From: Minisyncoccota bacterium
Lineage (GTDB): Bacteria; Patescibacteriota; Minisyncoccia; Phycocordibacterales; UBA6065
Direction of reading: 5' to 3'
NCBI GenBank assembly: GCA_036400935.1
Contig: DASWWW010000002.1
Location: 201,529-265,528 of the forward strand
Length of the DNA stretch: 64,000 bases
Of the stretch, positions 9,919 through 17,534 are shown in pieces; the stretch's first letter is position 1; the number at the start of each line of letters is the position of its first letter. The notes under the pieces are model-generated. The model saw nothing but the letters and a program-made list of their open reading frames with translations, was not told where the DNA came from and ran no database searches. Both the position numbers and the translations under genes were made by a program.

Positions 9919-9945
9919 AAAGGCGCTCCTTGCGGAGCGCCTTTT
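9917..9945. terminator. bidirectional rho-independent terminator (copy 1 of identical 29-mer)
   Basis: aaaaGGCGCTCCttgcGGAGCGCCttttc; perfect 8-bp GC stem flanked by A- and T-tracts; between convergent genes. Identical sequence recurs at 59727-59755. Confidence 0.6.
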
Positions 9946-9950
9946 CCTAA

Positions 9951-11753
9951 CTAGATGACATCCTTCAGCCGATCCTTGTATTTCGCATACGCGAACGAAG
10001 CGCACAGGGCGATAATTCCGAAGACGATCAGGGATACGATCCTGTATATCTGGCCCAGGGACCATACGTCCATGAGGACCTTGAAAGCCGTGATAATGAA
10101 CAGGATGAGCCCGAGGCGGCGAATGCCAGATATCTTCTGTACGAAGCCTATTGCGGTAAGGAGCGCCGCGTATGCCGCCCAGAAGAGCGATACGAGGGTA
10201 TTTCCGTAATTCTCTGCTCCTATGGTTCCAAGAGACCTCGAGTAGTACCAAATCTGCGTGCTCACGGCGTATACGGTAAGGATGTTTGCAGCGACGACGT
10301 AGAGGGATATGCCGCGAGCCTGAGTCTCTTCCGTGACGCTTCCGTACTTCTTGTATATGAATGCTATGGCGTACGCGATGACGATAGCGAGAACGGCGAC
10401 GATGAAATCATTGTTGAAGACCGGCATGAACGGCTGGCCGTACCCGTAATAGTCGGCGGTCGCGAACATGCTGATGATGCCGAGGATATAGACCGTGGCG
10501 CCCATGACCTGGAAGCCTCGATTGCCCATAAAGCAGGCAATGGCGTAAAGCGAAAGCGCCTCGACGAGCCAGCCCACGGCTATCCATGAGCCGTCGAACT
10601 GAAGCGGTATGAAGAGGGATAGGAATGTCACCGAGAGGCCGGGAAGGAAGATGTTCAGCGTCTTGTCCTCCCTGTTCGCCGCATTGATCCAAAGCGCCGC
10701 AAAGAAATAAATTACGGCGATAAGGAGGGATCCCGCGCCGAGCATCGAGCTGCCGGCCGACTCGAGCATGGTGTACCCGAAGAACGTTATGAACAGGGCC
10801 GATCCCGCAAGCGTAAAGTAATCGACCGGGTCCGCCGACACCTTCTGGTGGGCGCAGCGCACGACGGTGGTGCCGAGGAATACGAGGAATACCAAGAAGC
10901 AGAATGACAGCGCCTCGCCCATAAACATAGGGCTGTAATAGGAGCCGTACCACGCGCTGAAGTTTACGAACGTTCCGATGAATGCGGCAAAGCCGAGCTC
11001 CTTCCAATCCTTGTTGAACGAGAGGGCGAGCACGCCGATATTGAGGATCGAGAGGTAGCCAAAGAGCGCGAGCATGTCATTGCCGCCCGAGCTAGCCATA
11101 AAGGGCACGAGGAATCCTCCGATGATGGATACAACCGCGAGCACCCGGGTCGCGTTCACGAAGCTGATGACAAGCCCGATGAACGTGATGATCGCCATGA
11201 AGAACCATGCGGTAAACGGAGCGATTAGGTGAAAGAAGAAGTGAGCTGAGAAGACGGAGAGGTACAGGAGCGCCAATCCTCCGCCGATCAGGAAATCCGA
11301 GTACTCGAGGTACTTCTTTCGGAGCGACTGCCCTACGCCCATCATGGCGATGCCGGCGATGATTCCGAGTATTACCCTGCCCGCAGGGCTTATCCAATTG
11401 TTATCGAACGCATACTTGAGGAAGAATGCCATGCCGATAAAGACGGCGGCGATGCCGAGGATGGCGAGTGTGCGTCCAGAGCTAACGGCTTCGGCCACGT
11501 GGTCCTCGCGCTGCGCGGATACGGGAGCGGAAGCCGGAGCCGAGACCGAGGCCGGCCGAGACGCAGGAGCTTGAGCGGCCGCGACAGGAGCAGCTACGGG
11601 AACTGCTGGTGCGGATGTGGAAGCCTTCTGGGACGCCGCTTGCGGGGCGATCTTGTTTTCCCTTACTGCTTTCTCGAGACGGGATATTCTCGTACCCTGA
11701 TTGAGTATGATTATCGCAAATACGAATAGGACGATGAGGTCAAAAAGGAACAT
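9951..11753 (-). CDS. DUF2339-like polytopic membrane protein
   Basis: 600 aa; N-terminal TM + coiled/low-complexity Ala/Pro-rich linker, then many TM helices; architecture typical of DUF2339 family. Confidence 0.6.
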   Translation of the reverse strand: MFLFDLIVLFVFAIIILNQGTRISRLEKAVRENKIAPQAASQKASTSAPAVPVAAPVAAAQAPASRPASVSAPASAPVSAQREDHVAEAVSSGRTLAILGIAAVFIGMAFFLKYAFDNNWISPAGRVILGIIAGIAMMGVGQSLRKKYLEYSDFLIGGGLALLYLSVFSAHFFFHLIAPFTAWFFMAIITFIGLVISFVNATRVLAVVSIIGGFLVPFMASSGGNDMLALFGYLSILNIGVLALSFNKDWKELGFAAFIGTFVNFSAWYGSYYSPMFMGEALSFCFLVFLVFLGTTVVRCAHQKVSADPVDYFTLAGSALFITFFGYTMLESAGSSMLGAGSLLIAVIYFFAALWINAANREDKTLNIFLPGLSVTFLSLFIPLQFDGSWIAVGWLVEALSLYAIACFMGNRGFQVMGATVYILGIISMFATADYYGYGQPFMPVFNNDFIVAVLAIVIAYAIAFIYKKYGSVTEETQARGISLYVVAANILTVYAVSTQIWYYSRSLGTIGAENYGNTLVSLFWAAYAALLTAIGFVQKISGIRRLGLILFIITAFKVLMDVWSLGQIYRIVSLIVFGIIALCASFAYAKYKDRLKDVI

Positions 11754-11839
11754 GGCTGTTATTAAGGCGATTAATGTACCAAGTATACACCCTGCAAGGA
11801 ATCATGGACGGCGCAAAAAATAGTAGCTAGAATACAGAC

Positions 11840-12202
11840 ATGTCACCCCTAACAAGAAAAACGCTTTTGTTCGTCATTCTGCTTCTCACCGTAATTATCG
11901 CTTTCTACGGAATAGCCGGATTCCTTATGGCCGGCTTCTTTACTCCGGGCTTCTATCAGACTTTCCTTTCGCTCGGGCCGGCGCTATTCATCTTCCTTGC
12001 GATGTGGCAATTCAGGAAGCTTGTACTTATCCATAACGGGCGCATTGTCGTTGATCGGACTCAGGAAATCAGCAAATACGCGCTATGTTTTATCTTTCTT
12101 GCGCTTGCCGCAAGCCCGTTCCTATTCGGCAACGAGATATGGTGCATCGAAGCGCTCGTGCGAGACATAAAGCTCCTTGAAGGAAAGTGCTGGTATAACT
12201 AA
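11840..12202 (+). CDS. small membrane protein (hypothetical)
   Basis: 120 aa, three hydrophobic helices; no motif. Confidence 0.4.
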   Translation: MSPLTRKTLLFVILLLTVIIAFYGIAGFLMAGFFTPGFYQTFLSLGPALFIFLAMWQFRKLVLIHNGRIVVDRTQEISKYALCFIFLALAASPFLFGNEIWCIEALVRDIKLLEGKCWYN

Positions 12203-12591
12203 TTGCCAAACTCCTCCCTTTCCCTGGCCTCAACCTGGGATTCCGTAAGGCCGAAATGATGCGCCACTTCGTGCCAAAGGGTCTCGAATATCACCTGCTC
12301 TACGGGCTTTCCGGATACGTCTGCCTCGTCGAGGATCGGCATGCGATAGAGCGTGACGGTATCCGGGAATGATATGCCGGCAGAATGCTCCCTGTCCGTG
12401 AGCGGAATGCCCTTGTAGAGGCCGAGCAAATCCATATGGGAGTCGAGATTCATCTTTTGCGCCGTATCGGAATCGACAAAGTCCTCGATCGTGATAGCGA
12501 TATTGTTCATCTGCCTGCGCACCCACTCAGGAAGCTTGTCATAGGCTTCGGCGACCATCTTTTCGAATTTCTTGTATTCCGGATCGTGCAT
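12199..12591 (-). CDS. zincin-like metallopeptidase family protein (DUF1025-type, HExxHH)
   Basis: Track ORF 12199..12861 overlaps upstream SGNH gene; internal Met at 12591 (MHDPEYKKFEKM...) gives 130 aa with HEVAHHFG zinc-binding motif; start 1 nt after SGNH stop. Confidence 0.6.
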   Translation of the reverse strand: MHDPEYKKFEKMVAEAYDKLPEWVRRQMNNIAITIEDFVDSDTAQKMNLDSHMDLLGLYKGIPLTDREHSAGISFPDTVTLYRMPILDEADVSGKPVEQVIFETLWHEVAHHFGLTESQVEAREREEFGN

Positions 12592-12592
12592 A

Positions 12593-13201
12593 TTATTTGA
12601 GAGTCTTGGCCAAGGCAGGATAGACTCGCTCCGCAACCCGGGCATAGCCGGCGTCATTAGGATGAATGCTGTCTGACATATAGCGGGAATCTCCAAAGAG
12701 GCCGTCGAGGACATCAGGAACGTATTCGACGCCGGTCTCGTCTGCGAGCCTCTTGAAATCAGAATCGGCGCTATCCGAAAGCAGGCCTCCGCGCACGCCC
12801 AATAGGAGGACCCGGGCTCCTGATGCCTGCAGTTTCTGGATGATCGACTTGAGATTGGCAAAAGTCTGGGCCCGAGGCACCTTGCGCAAGAAATCGTTGC
12901 CGCCGAGGAGCAGGATTACCGCCCGAGGCTCTCGAGCGACAACCTCGTCGACGCGGGCAAGGCCGCCCGCCGTCGTATCGCCCGATACGCCCATGTTCAC
13001 GATAGGCTCGCCTATTCGTGCCGACAGAAGCGAGACGAAATCCCTGCCAGCGGTCGCTCCGTAGCCGTAGACAAGGCTATCACCGAGGGCGATTACCGGG
13101 CCGTCGCCCAAAGGCAACGAAGGCGACCTGTCGCGCAGGGCGAAGAAGGCAATGCACGCGACGATCGCAATAATCAAAATCCAAATAGTCATCCTATTCA
13201 T
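12593..13201 (-). CDS. SGNH/GDSL-family hydrolase (arylesterase/lipase-like)
   Basis: 202 aa; N-terminal TM/signal; GDSL block (VIALGDSLVYGYG), block II GGNDF, C-terminal DxxHP (SIHPNDAGY). Confidence 0.75.
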   Translation of the reverse strand: MNRMTIWILIIAIVACIAFFALRDRSPSLPLGDGPVIALGDSLVYGYGATAGRDFVSLLSARIGEPIVNMGVSGDTTAGGLARVDEVVAREPRAVILLLGGNDFLRKVPRAQTFANLKSIIQKLQASGARVLLLGVRGGLLSDSADSDFKRLADETGVEYVPDVLDGLFGDSRYMSDSIHPNDAGYARVAERVYPALAKTLK

Positions 13202-13231
13202 ATAGAGATATTACCATGCTCAATAATGAAA

Positions 13232-13258
13232 CAGCGACCCTACGGTCGCTGTTTTTAA
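13232..13258. terminator. rho-independent terminator downstream of lexA
   Basis: acagcgaccctacggtcgctgt hairpin with flanking T/A runs immediately 3' of lexA stop. Confidence 0.45.
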
Positions 13259-13846
13259 TTAGTATTTTCGGATCACCCCTTTCACAATCGCCGCAATCTT
13301 GAGGTCGTATTCGGGATAGATCGGCTTGTAGTTCTTGTTGGCAGGCATAAGGTATGGCTTGCCGTTCTTTGTCTTGAAGTATTTCATGGTCCAGCCGTTG
13401 TCTACCTCGGCAATGACGATGTCGTTCTCCTTAGCATTGCTTCGCTTCTCCGCAACCACGAGGTCACCTTCCCGTATGCCTTCTTCTATCATGGAATCGC
13501 CTTTGACCTCGAGCAAGTACGAATCCGCACGGTTCTCTACCAAATACGCATTGATATTCATGGTATCAAGCACCGATTCCTCCGCGACGGTCGGAATTCC
13601 CGCCTCTACCAGTCCGAGCATCGGTATCTCGTCTATGGCTTTTACGAATGAGATGCGTCCCTGGGAATCCTTGGAGAGGATGTCCATGTCGACGAGCTTG
13701 TTGATGAGCTTGTAGACCGCATTCTTAGACTTGAAGCCCGTGATGTCCATGAGCTCCTTATACCCCGGCATGCGCTTGTGCCGAGTGTAAAAGTCTATGA
13801 GTTTTTTCTTGTACGTGTCGATCATGTGGGGTGCGCCGAAGCGCAT
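13259..13846 (-). CDS. lexA: LexA repressor (S24 peptidase family)
   Basis: 195 aa; N-terminal winged-helix region, cleavage site region, catalytic Ser in GDSM and Lys in MKYFK; possible true start at internal Met (MIDTYKK, ~13825). Confidence 0.85.
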   Translation of the reverse strand: MRFGAPHMIDTYKKKLIDFYTRHKRMPGYKELMDITGFKSKNAVYKLINKLVDMDILSKDSQGRISFVKAIDEIPMLGLVEAGIPTVAEESVLDTMNINAYLVENRADSYLLEVKGDSMIEEGIREGDLVVAEKRSNAKENDIVIAEVDNGWTMKYFKTKNGKPYLMPANKNYKPIYPEYDLKIAAIVKGVIRKY

Positions 13847-13851
13847 TACTA

Positions 13852-14061
13852 CTAGAATACCAGAGCTGAGAAAGAGTGCGAGAGCTTGCCGAAGAGGCTG
13901 AAGCTGTCGCGAGCGCGGATAGTGCGGAGCTGGGCCAGGAGGAACTTGTGGCGGAGAGAATCCTTCTTGTAAGGGCGGCCGGTGATGATCTTCATATCGA
14001 TCTGTCGGTTGATTATATCAAGCTCGTACTCAAGTGCCTTTATTGTTGCGTGTTTGCTCAT
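13852..14061 (-). CDS. small hypothetical protein co-oriented immediately upstream of lexA
   Basis: 69-aa ORF ending 5 nt before lexA; SOS box lies 41 bp upstream of its start; opposite-strand ORF 13876..14097 is an alternative reading so confidence is low. Confidence 0.35.
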   Translation of the reverse strand: MSKHATIKALEYELDIINRQIDMKIITGRPYKKDSLRHKFLLAQLRTIRARDSFSLFGKLSHSFSALVF

Positions 14062-14102
14062 AGTCGTTTGGTTAAGCCGTTAAACTTATATGATTAGTAT
14101 AA

Positions 14103-14118
14103 GTGAACTATGGTTCAC
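14103..14118. promoter_or_regulatory. LexA operator (Cheo-box type, GAAC-N4-GTTC)
   Basis: gtGAACtatgGTTCac perfect palindrome upstream of small ORF + lexA; matches Gram-positive/Actinobacterial SOS box consensus. Confidence 0.6.
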
Positions 14119-14149
14119 CTGCAAGCAACTATATGTGGATAAGTACCTT

Positions 14150-14359
14150 CTACGGCTTCTTTACCTTGTGAAAACGGATTTCTACCTTGTCCCCCTCGCT
14201 TACTTTTGATCCCAATTCGGCGACCTTGTCGTTGATAAGTACCCTGCCCGCCTCGACGAGCTTGTCCATGTCGCGGCGCGATCCGCGGCCCTCCATGGCG
14301 AGGTACTTGTTTATGCGCATCGGGAATACTGGCTCTGCTTCCGGCTCTTGTTTTTTCAT
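14150..14359 (-). CDS. S4-domain RNA-binding protein (Hsp15/YaaA-like)
   Basis: 69 aa; RINKYLA...SRR...L...G.V.IN pattern of S4 RNA-binding fold. Confidence 0.6.
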   Translation of the reverse strand: MKKQEPEAEPVFPMRINKYLAMEGRGSRRDMDKLVEAGRVLINDKVAELGSKVSEGDKVEIRFHKVKKP

Positions 14360-14368
14360 ACCCTAAGA

Positions 14369-14623
14369 CTAGCAGGTTGCCTGCGCTAACGCTAACTTCT
14401 GCTCGCGTGAGAGTTTCTTCATGGCAGCCTCCGCGATAGAGGCGCTCGAGCGATCCTTGTACTTTTTCGAGTAGACAAGGCGGACCGGGCGTCGGGCGCG
14501 AGTGTACTTTGCCGCGGCCTTGCCTTTGTTGTGCTCGTCGAGCCTGCGATCGAGATCGGTCGTGATGCCCGTATAGAGGGTCTCGTCCGCGCAGACGAGC
14601 AGGTAGAGGAAGTAATTGCTCAT
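14369..14623 (-). CDS. GIY-YIG nuclease family protein (UPF0213/YhbQ-like)
   Basis: 84 aa; YFLYLLVCADETLYTGITTDLDRRLDEHN = GIY-YIG motif. Confidence 0.75.
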   Translation of the reverse strand: MSNYFLYLLVCADETLYTGITTDLDRRLDEHNKGKAAAKYTRARRPVRLVYSKKYKDRSSASIAEAAMKKLSREQKLALAQATC

Positions 14624-15177
14624 AGCTTTACTGAATGAAGTTGCGCGCGACGCTCCTTGTAATCAGGAATCGCCCGCGCGACTAAATTCCAGAATTTCGC
14701 AGAGTGATTGAACTCGCCCAAATGGCACAACTCGTGGACCATGAGGTAATCGGCCAAATCGGGCGGCAAAAGAGCGATTTTATAATTGAAGTTGAGATTG
14801 CCGCCGGTCGAGCACGATCCCCAGCGGGACTTCTGATTGCGGATGGCGATTTTGCCGTATTTGAATCCGTAGATCGCATTCAATTCGGGCAGGCGGCGCA
14901 GGACGAGCTCGCGAGCCGCCTCCTTGTGTTTAAGGTATTCAGCGCGAGAATTCTTGCGGCGGACGGCAGGAGCTACCGGCATGGGCGTAAATGGCATGAA
15001 GCTCTGGAGCTTGTCCGAAATCCACTGCGACTTTGCCGAGACGAACGTTTTGATAGCGAAATCCGGCATGTATGCGGGCGCGGACACGACGCAGCGGCCG
15101 TCCTGATACACAGAGACGCGCAGGCTGCGCGAGCGACGGCTCTTTCGTATGGTGTATTCGATGGATGTCGGCGACAT
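14620..15177 (-). CDS. YgjP-like metal-dependent hydrolase (DUF45 / M48-like zinc peptidase fold)
   Basis: 185 aa; HELCHL zinc-binding motif near C-terminus; 4-nt overlap with downstream GIY-YIG gene. Confidence 0.7.
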   Translation of the reverse strand: MSPTSIEYTIRKSRRSRSLRVSVYQDGRCVVSAPAYMPDFAIKTFVSAKSQWISDKLQSFMPFTPMPVAPAVRRKNSRAEYLKHKEAARELVLRRLPELNAIYGFKYGKIAIRNQKSRWGSCSTGGNLNFNYKIALLPPDLADYLMVHELCHLGEFNHSAKFWNLVARAIPDYKERRAQLHSVKL

Positions 15178-15208
15178 GCTTCAATTAAACCACGATCCCG
15201 CATAAAAA

Positions 15209-15232
15209 AGCTCCTGAAATAAGTCAGGAGCT
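15209..15232 (-). terminator. rho-independent terminator
   Basis: agctcctgaaataagtcaggagct hairpin; on minus strand followed by TTTTTTAT; overlaps stop of 15224..15703. Confidence 0.5.
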
Positions 15233-15703
15233 AACAGAATCAAGCATCATGAGGCGATAGTACTCCAGAGACCGGGACCACATCTCCTCTGGCGTGAACC
15301 TTTCGGGAAGCGTACCGGTCTCGTGATAATGCCAGCACATGAATGGGGCCCTGGGACCTTTCGTCGCGACAAGCAATGGACTTGCCGTCAACGTGCCGAC
15401 CGGGCACAGGTCGATTATCGACCCATCGCGAGTCTGGAGCCACGAATGATGGCAGGTCTCGAGGCTGGTCTTCCTGTCTTCCCCGACCGACATGCCCAGA
15501 AAGAAGCCGTCGACGACGCGGGCCGTTCCATCGCGCAGGGACATGGCTGCCGCCCGGCATATCGAGTGGCACTGGTATTGGCTCCGATCGATCTCAGGCC
15601 TAGACCGTAGAACAGTGCCTGCATTCACGGCATGCCTGAACACGGAGCGCAATATCGACTTGTCCCTTTCCGTAACGTAGGGAACGATTTCCACATCAAT
15701 CAC
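15224..15703 (-). CDS. hypothetical protein (Cys/His-rich)
   Basis: 159-aa longest ORF in region with several overlapping alternatives; terminator orientation supports minus strand. Confidence 0.4.
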   Translation of the reverse strand: MIDVEIVPYVTERDKSILRSVFRHAVNAGTVLRSRPEIDRSQYQCHSICRAAAMSLRDGTARVVDGFFLGMSVGEDRKTSLETCHHSWLQTRDGSIIDLCPVGTLTASPLLVATKGPRAPFMCWHYHETGTLPERFTPEEMWSRSLEYYRLMMLDSVSS

Positions 15704-15810
15704 GACAGCACCTCACATAGCAAAAAGAATGAACCCATAGGATCACATTGCCACAATTTTTGCATAAGTCAAATAAAAAGCCGGTCAATGCTCTCACATA
15801 CGACCGGCTA

Positions 15811-16659
15811 TCAGAACCACTTTTCCCTGGGGAGGGTCGCCTCAAGCTGCTTGAAGTACTGGTAGCTCCCTGCCAAGTCGATGATCGAGCATTTGAGGCC
15901 CGACCATGCAGCGATCTTCTCGATATCGGCGGCGTGCCGCGCGCCGTAGCAGATCGCCGCGGCCTTGCCCGGATTTTTTTCGAGGCGCTCGATCACGAGC
16001 ATCAGGGCAACGTAGCTCCTGACCTGGCTTAGCGCGTCCTCAAGCTCCAGCGCTGCCGGAAGCACGCCCATCTGCCTGAGCGCCTCCTTGTTCTGGACGA
16101 GGGCCACGACCATGCCGCCATGGAGGTCGGCCAAAGCATCGAGCTCGCCGCCAAGGGAATCAGCGGGAATTCCCCTCAGGTCTCCCCACTGCCTCTTTAC
16201 GCCAGCCTCATCCGCCGGACCGACAATGCCTTCGAAGCATACGAATCCGTAAGGATGGGAGGTGAGGCGCTCCGAAAGCTCTTTCGTGACCGCCTCGATG
16301 ACCGCAACCGTTTCCGGCGAATCCTTTTCGAGGTACTCGGACCCCTTGTGCGTCGCGGCCAGAAAGTCCACCCTGTGCCTCGCGAGGATCTGCCGGTCCA
16401 GATGCTTGATAAACAGGAATTGCAGCTTGGGGAGCAGTTCCATGACTTTCGCCGACAGCTTTACGGACTCGCCCCCAAAGGCTATCTGCACCAAGGAGTC
16501 CTCGATCCTCTCGAGCTGCCGTAAGGCAGGATTCGAGAAGTCGATCCGAGTGACGACGAACTGCGCCGGCACGGCTTTCTGCTCTTCCTTCATCTTGACG
16601 AAGAAGGCGCAGATACCGAACATGATCACCAGGCCCACTAGCGTGATTAACGTCCTCAT
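15811..16659 (-). CDS. hypothetical membrane-anchored protein
   Basis: 282 aa; single N-terminal TM helix then soluble domain; no motif recognised. Confidence 0.5.
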   Translation of the reverse strand: MRTLITLVGLVIMFGICAFFVKMKEEQKAVPAQFVVTRIDFSNPALRQLERIEDSLVQIAFGGESVKLSAKVMELLPKLQFLFIKHLDRQILARHRVDFLAATHKGSEYLEKDSPETVAVIEAVTKELSERLTSHPYGFVCFEGIVGPADEAGVKRQWGDLRGIPADSLGGELDALADLHGGMVVALVQNKEALRQMGVLPAALELEDALSQVRSYVALMLVIERLEKNPGKAAAICYGARHAADIEKIAAWSGLKCSIIDLAGSYQYFKQLEATLPREKWF

Positions 16660-16736
16660 ATTTCAAGATTTTCTGACAGGTTTACGTGCTGAAGTTCAGG
16701 CCTCTATATATAATAAAACAGATACAAAGTCAAACG

Positions 16737-16770
16737 CCGCGGCCTTGCGGCCGCGGCGTTTATTTCGCTA
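16737..16770. terminator. GC-rich hairpin terminator
   Basis: cgccgcggccttgcggccgcggcg followed by TTTATTT; downstream of cyclophilin gene. Confidence 0.5.
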
Positions 16771-16781
16771 TTGAAATCCGA

Positions 16782-17495
16782 TTATTTGAGCTCGATCGAG
16801 TTAATTACGACCGGCTTCAAAGGCCTGTCCGCCTCGCCCGTCTCTACCCCGTTGATGGCCATGACGACCTCGGCGCCGGCGGTTACGCGGCCGAATACGG
16901 TGTGCTTTGAGTCGAGGAAATTGTTCGCCGCCACGTTGATGAAGAACTGGCTGCCGTTCGTGTTCGGGCCGGCATTAGCCATAGAGATGGTTCCAGCGTC
17001 GTTCTTGTTGTCGGCAGTGATCTCGTCGGCGAACTTGTATCCTGGACCGCCCGTTCCCCAGTACGCCATCTTCGAGTCATCCTTGGTAAGAGGGTCTCCG
17101 CCCTGGTTCATGAAGCCCTCGATCACCCGGTGGAATTTCGTGCCGTTGTAGAAGCCCTCCTTGGCGAGCTTCACGAAATTGGCAACGGTATTAGGCGTCG
17201 ACTTCGAGAACTCGATCGTAATGTCGCCCATGTTTGTGTGAAGTATTGCGTTCATGATGTTTTGATTATTATTCTGCCCTGCGCCCGTCGGAAGCTGCGG
17301 TCCCTGTGCCTCTCCTCCTTGCCCATTTGCGCCCTGCGCTCCGCCCGTCTGGGACGTCGAGGTGCTAAAGAGGTCGGCGGCCGTCTCGGGCGCGTCCTTC
17401 AATACGGATACGCCATTGCCGCTGCCGGCAAAATACCAGATAAGACCGCCGACTATGATAAGGGCGATAAGCCCGGGAAACCAGATGCGTTTCAT
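16782..17495 (-). CDS. peptidyl-prolyl cis-trans isomerase, cyclophilin type, membrane-anchored
   Basis: 237 aa; N-terminal TM + Gly/Gln-rich linker; cyclophilin core (HTNMGDITIEF...FHRVIEGFMNQGGDP...SMANAGPNTNGSQFFI). Confidence 0.85.
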   Translation of the reverse strand: MKRIWFPGLIALIIVGGLIWYFAGSGNGVSVLKDAPETAADLFSTSTSQTGGAQGANGQGGEAQGPQLPTGAGQNNNQNIMNAILHTNMGDITIEFSKSTPNTVANFVKLAKEGFYNGTKFHRVIEGFMNQGGDPLTKDDSKMAYWGTGGPGYKFADEITADNKNDAGTISMANAGPNTNGSQFFINVAANNFLDSKHTVFGRVTAGAEVVMAINGVETGEADRPLKPVVINSIELK

Positions 17496-17534
17496 ATAAA
17501 TTATATTATCACAATCGTCAGCACACTTAATACG

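Noticed and set aside
8590-10251. Minus-strand ORFs 8590..9258 (222 aa) and 9298..10251 (317 aa)
   Set aside because: Antisense to the well-supported HI0933 flavoprotein gene and overlapping the DUF2339 gene; Arg-rich low-complexity translations.
12199-12861. Full-length 220-aa version of the metallopeptidase ORF
   Set aside because: 5' 90 codons overlap the SGNH hydrolase gene in another frame and encode Ser/Arg-rich junk; internal Met at 12591 gives a clean 130-aa protein starting 1 nt after the upstream stop.
15240-15700. Multiple overlapping ORFs on both strands in 15.2–15.7 kb
   Set aside because: Only the longest minus-strand ORF (15224..15703) is consistent with the flanking minus-strand terminator; others are alternative frames in GC-rich DNA.
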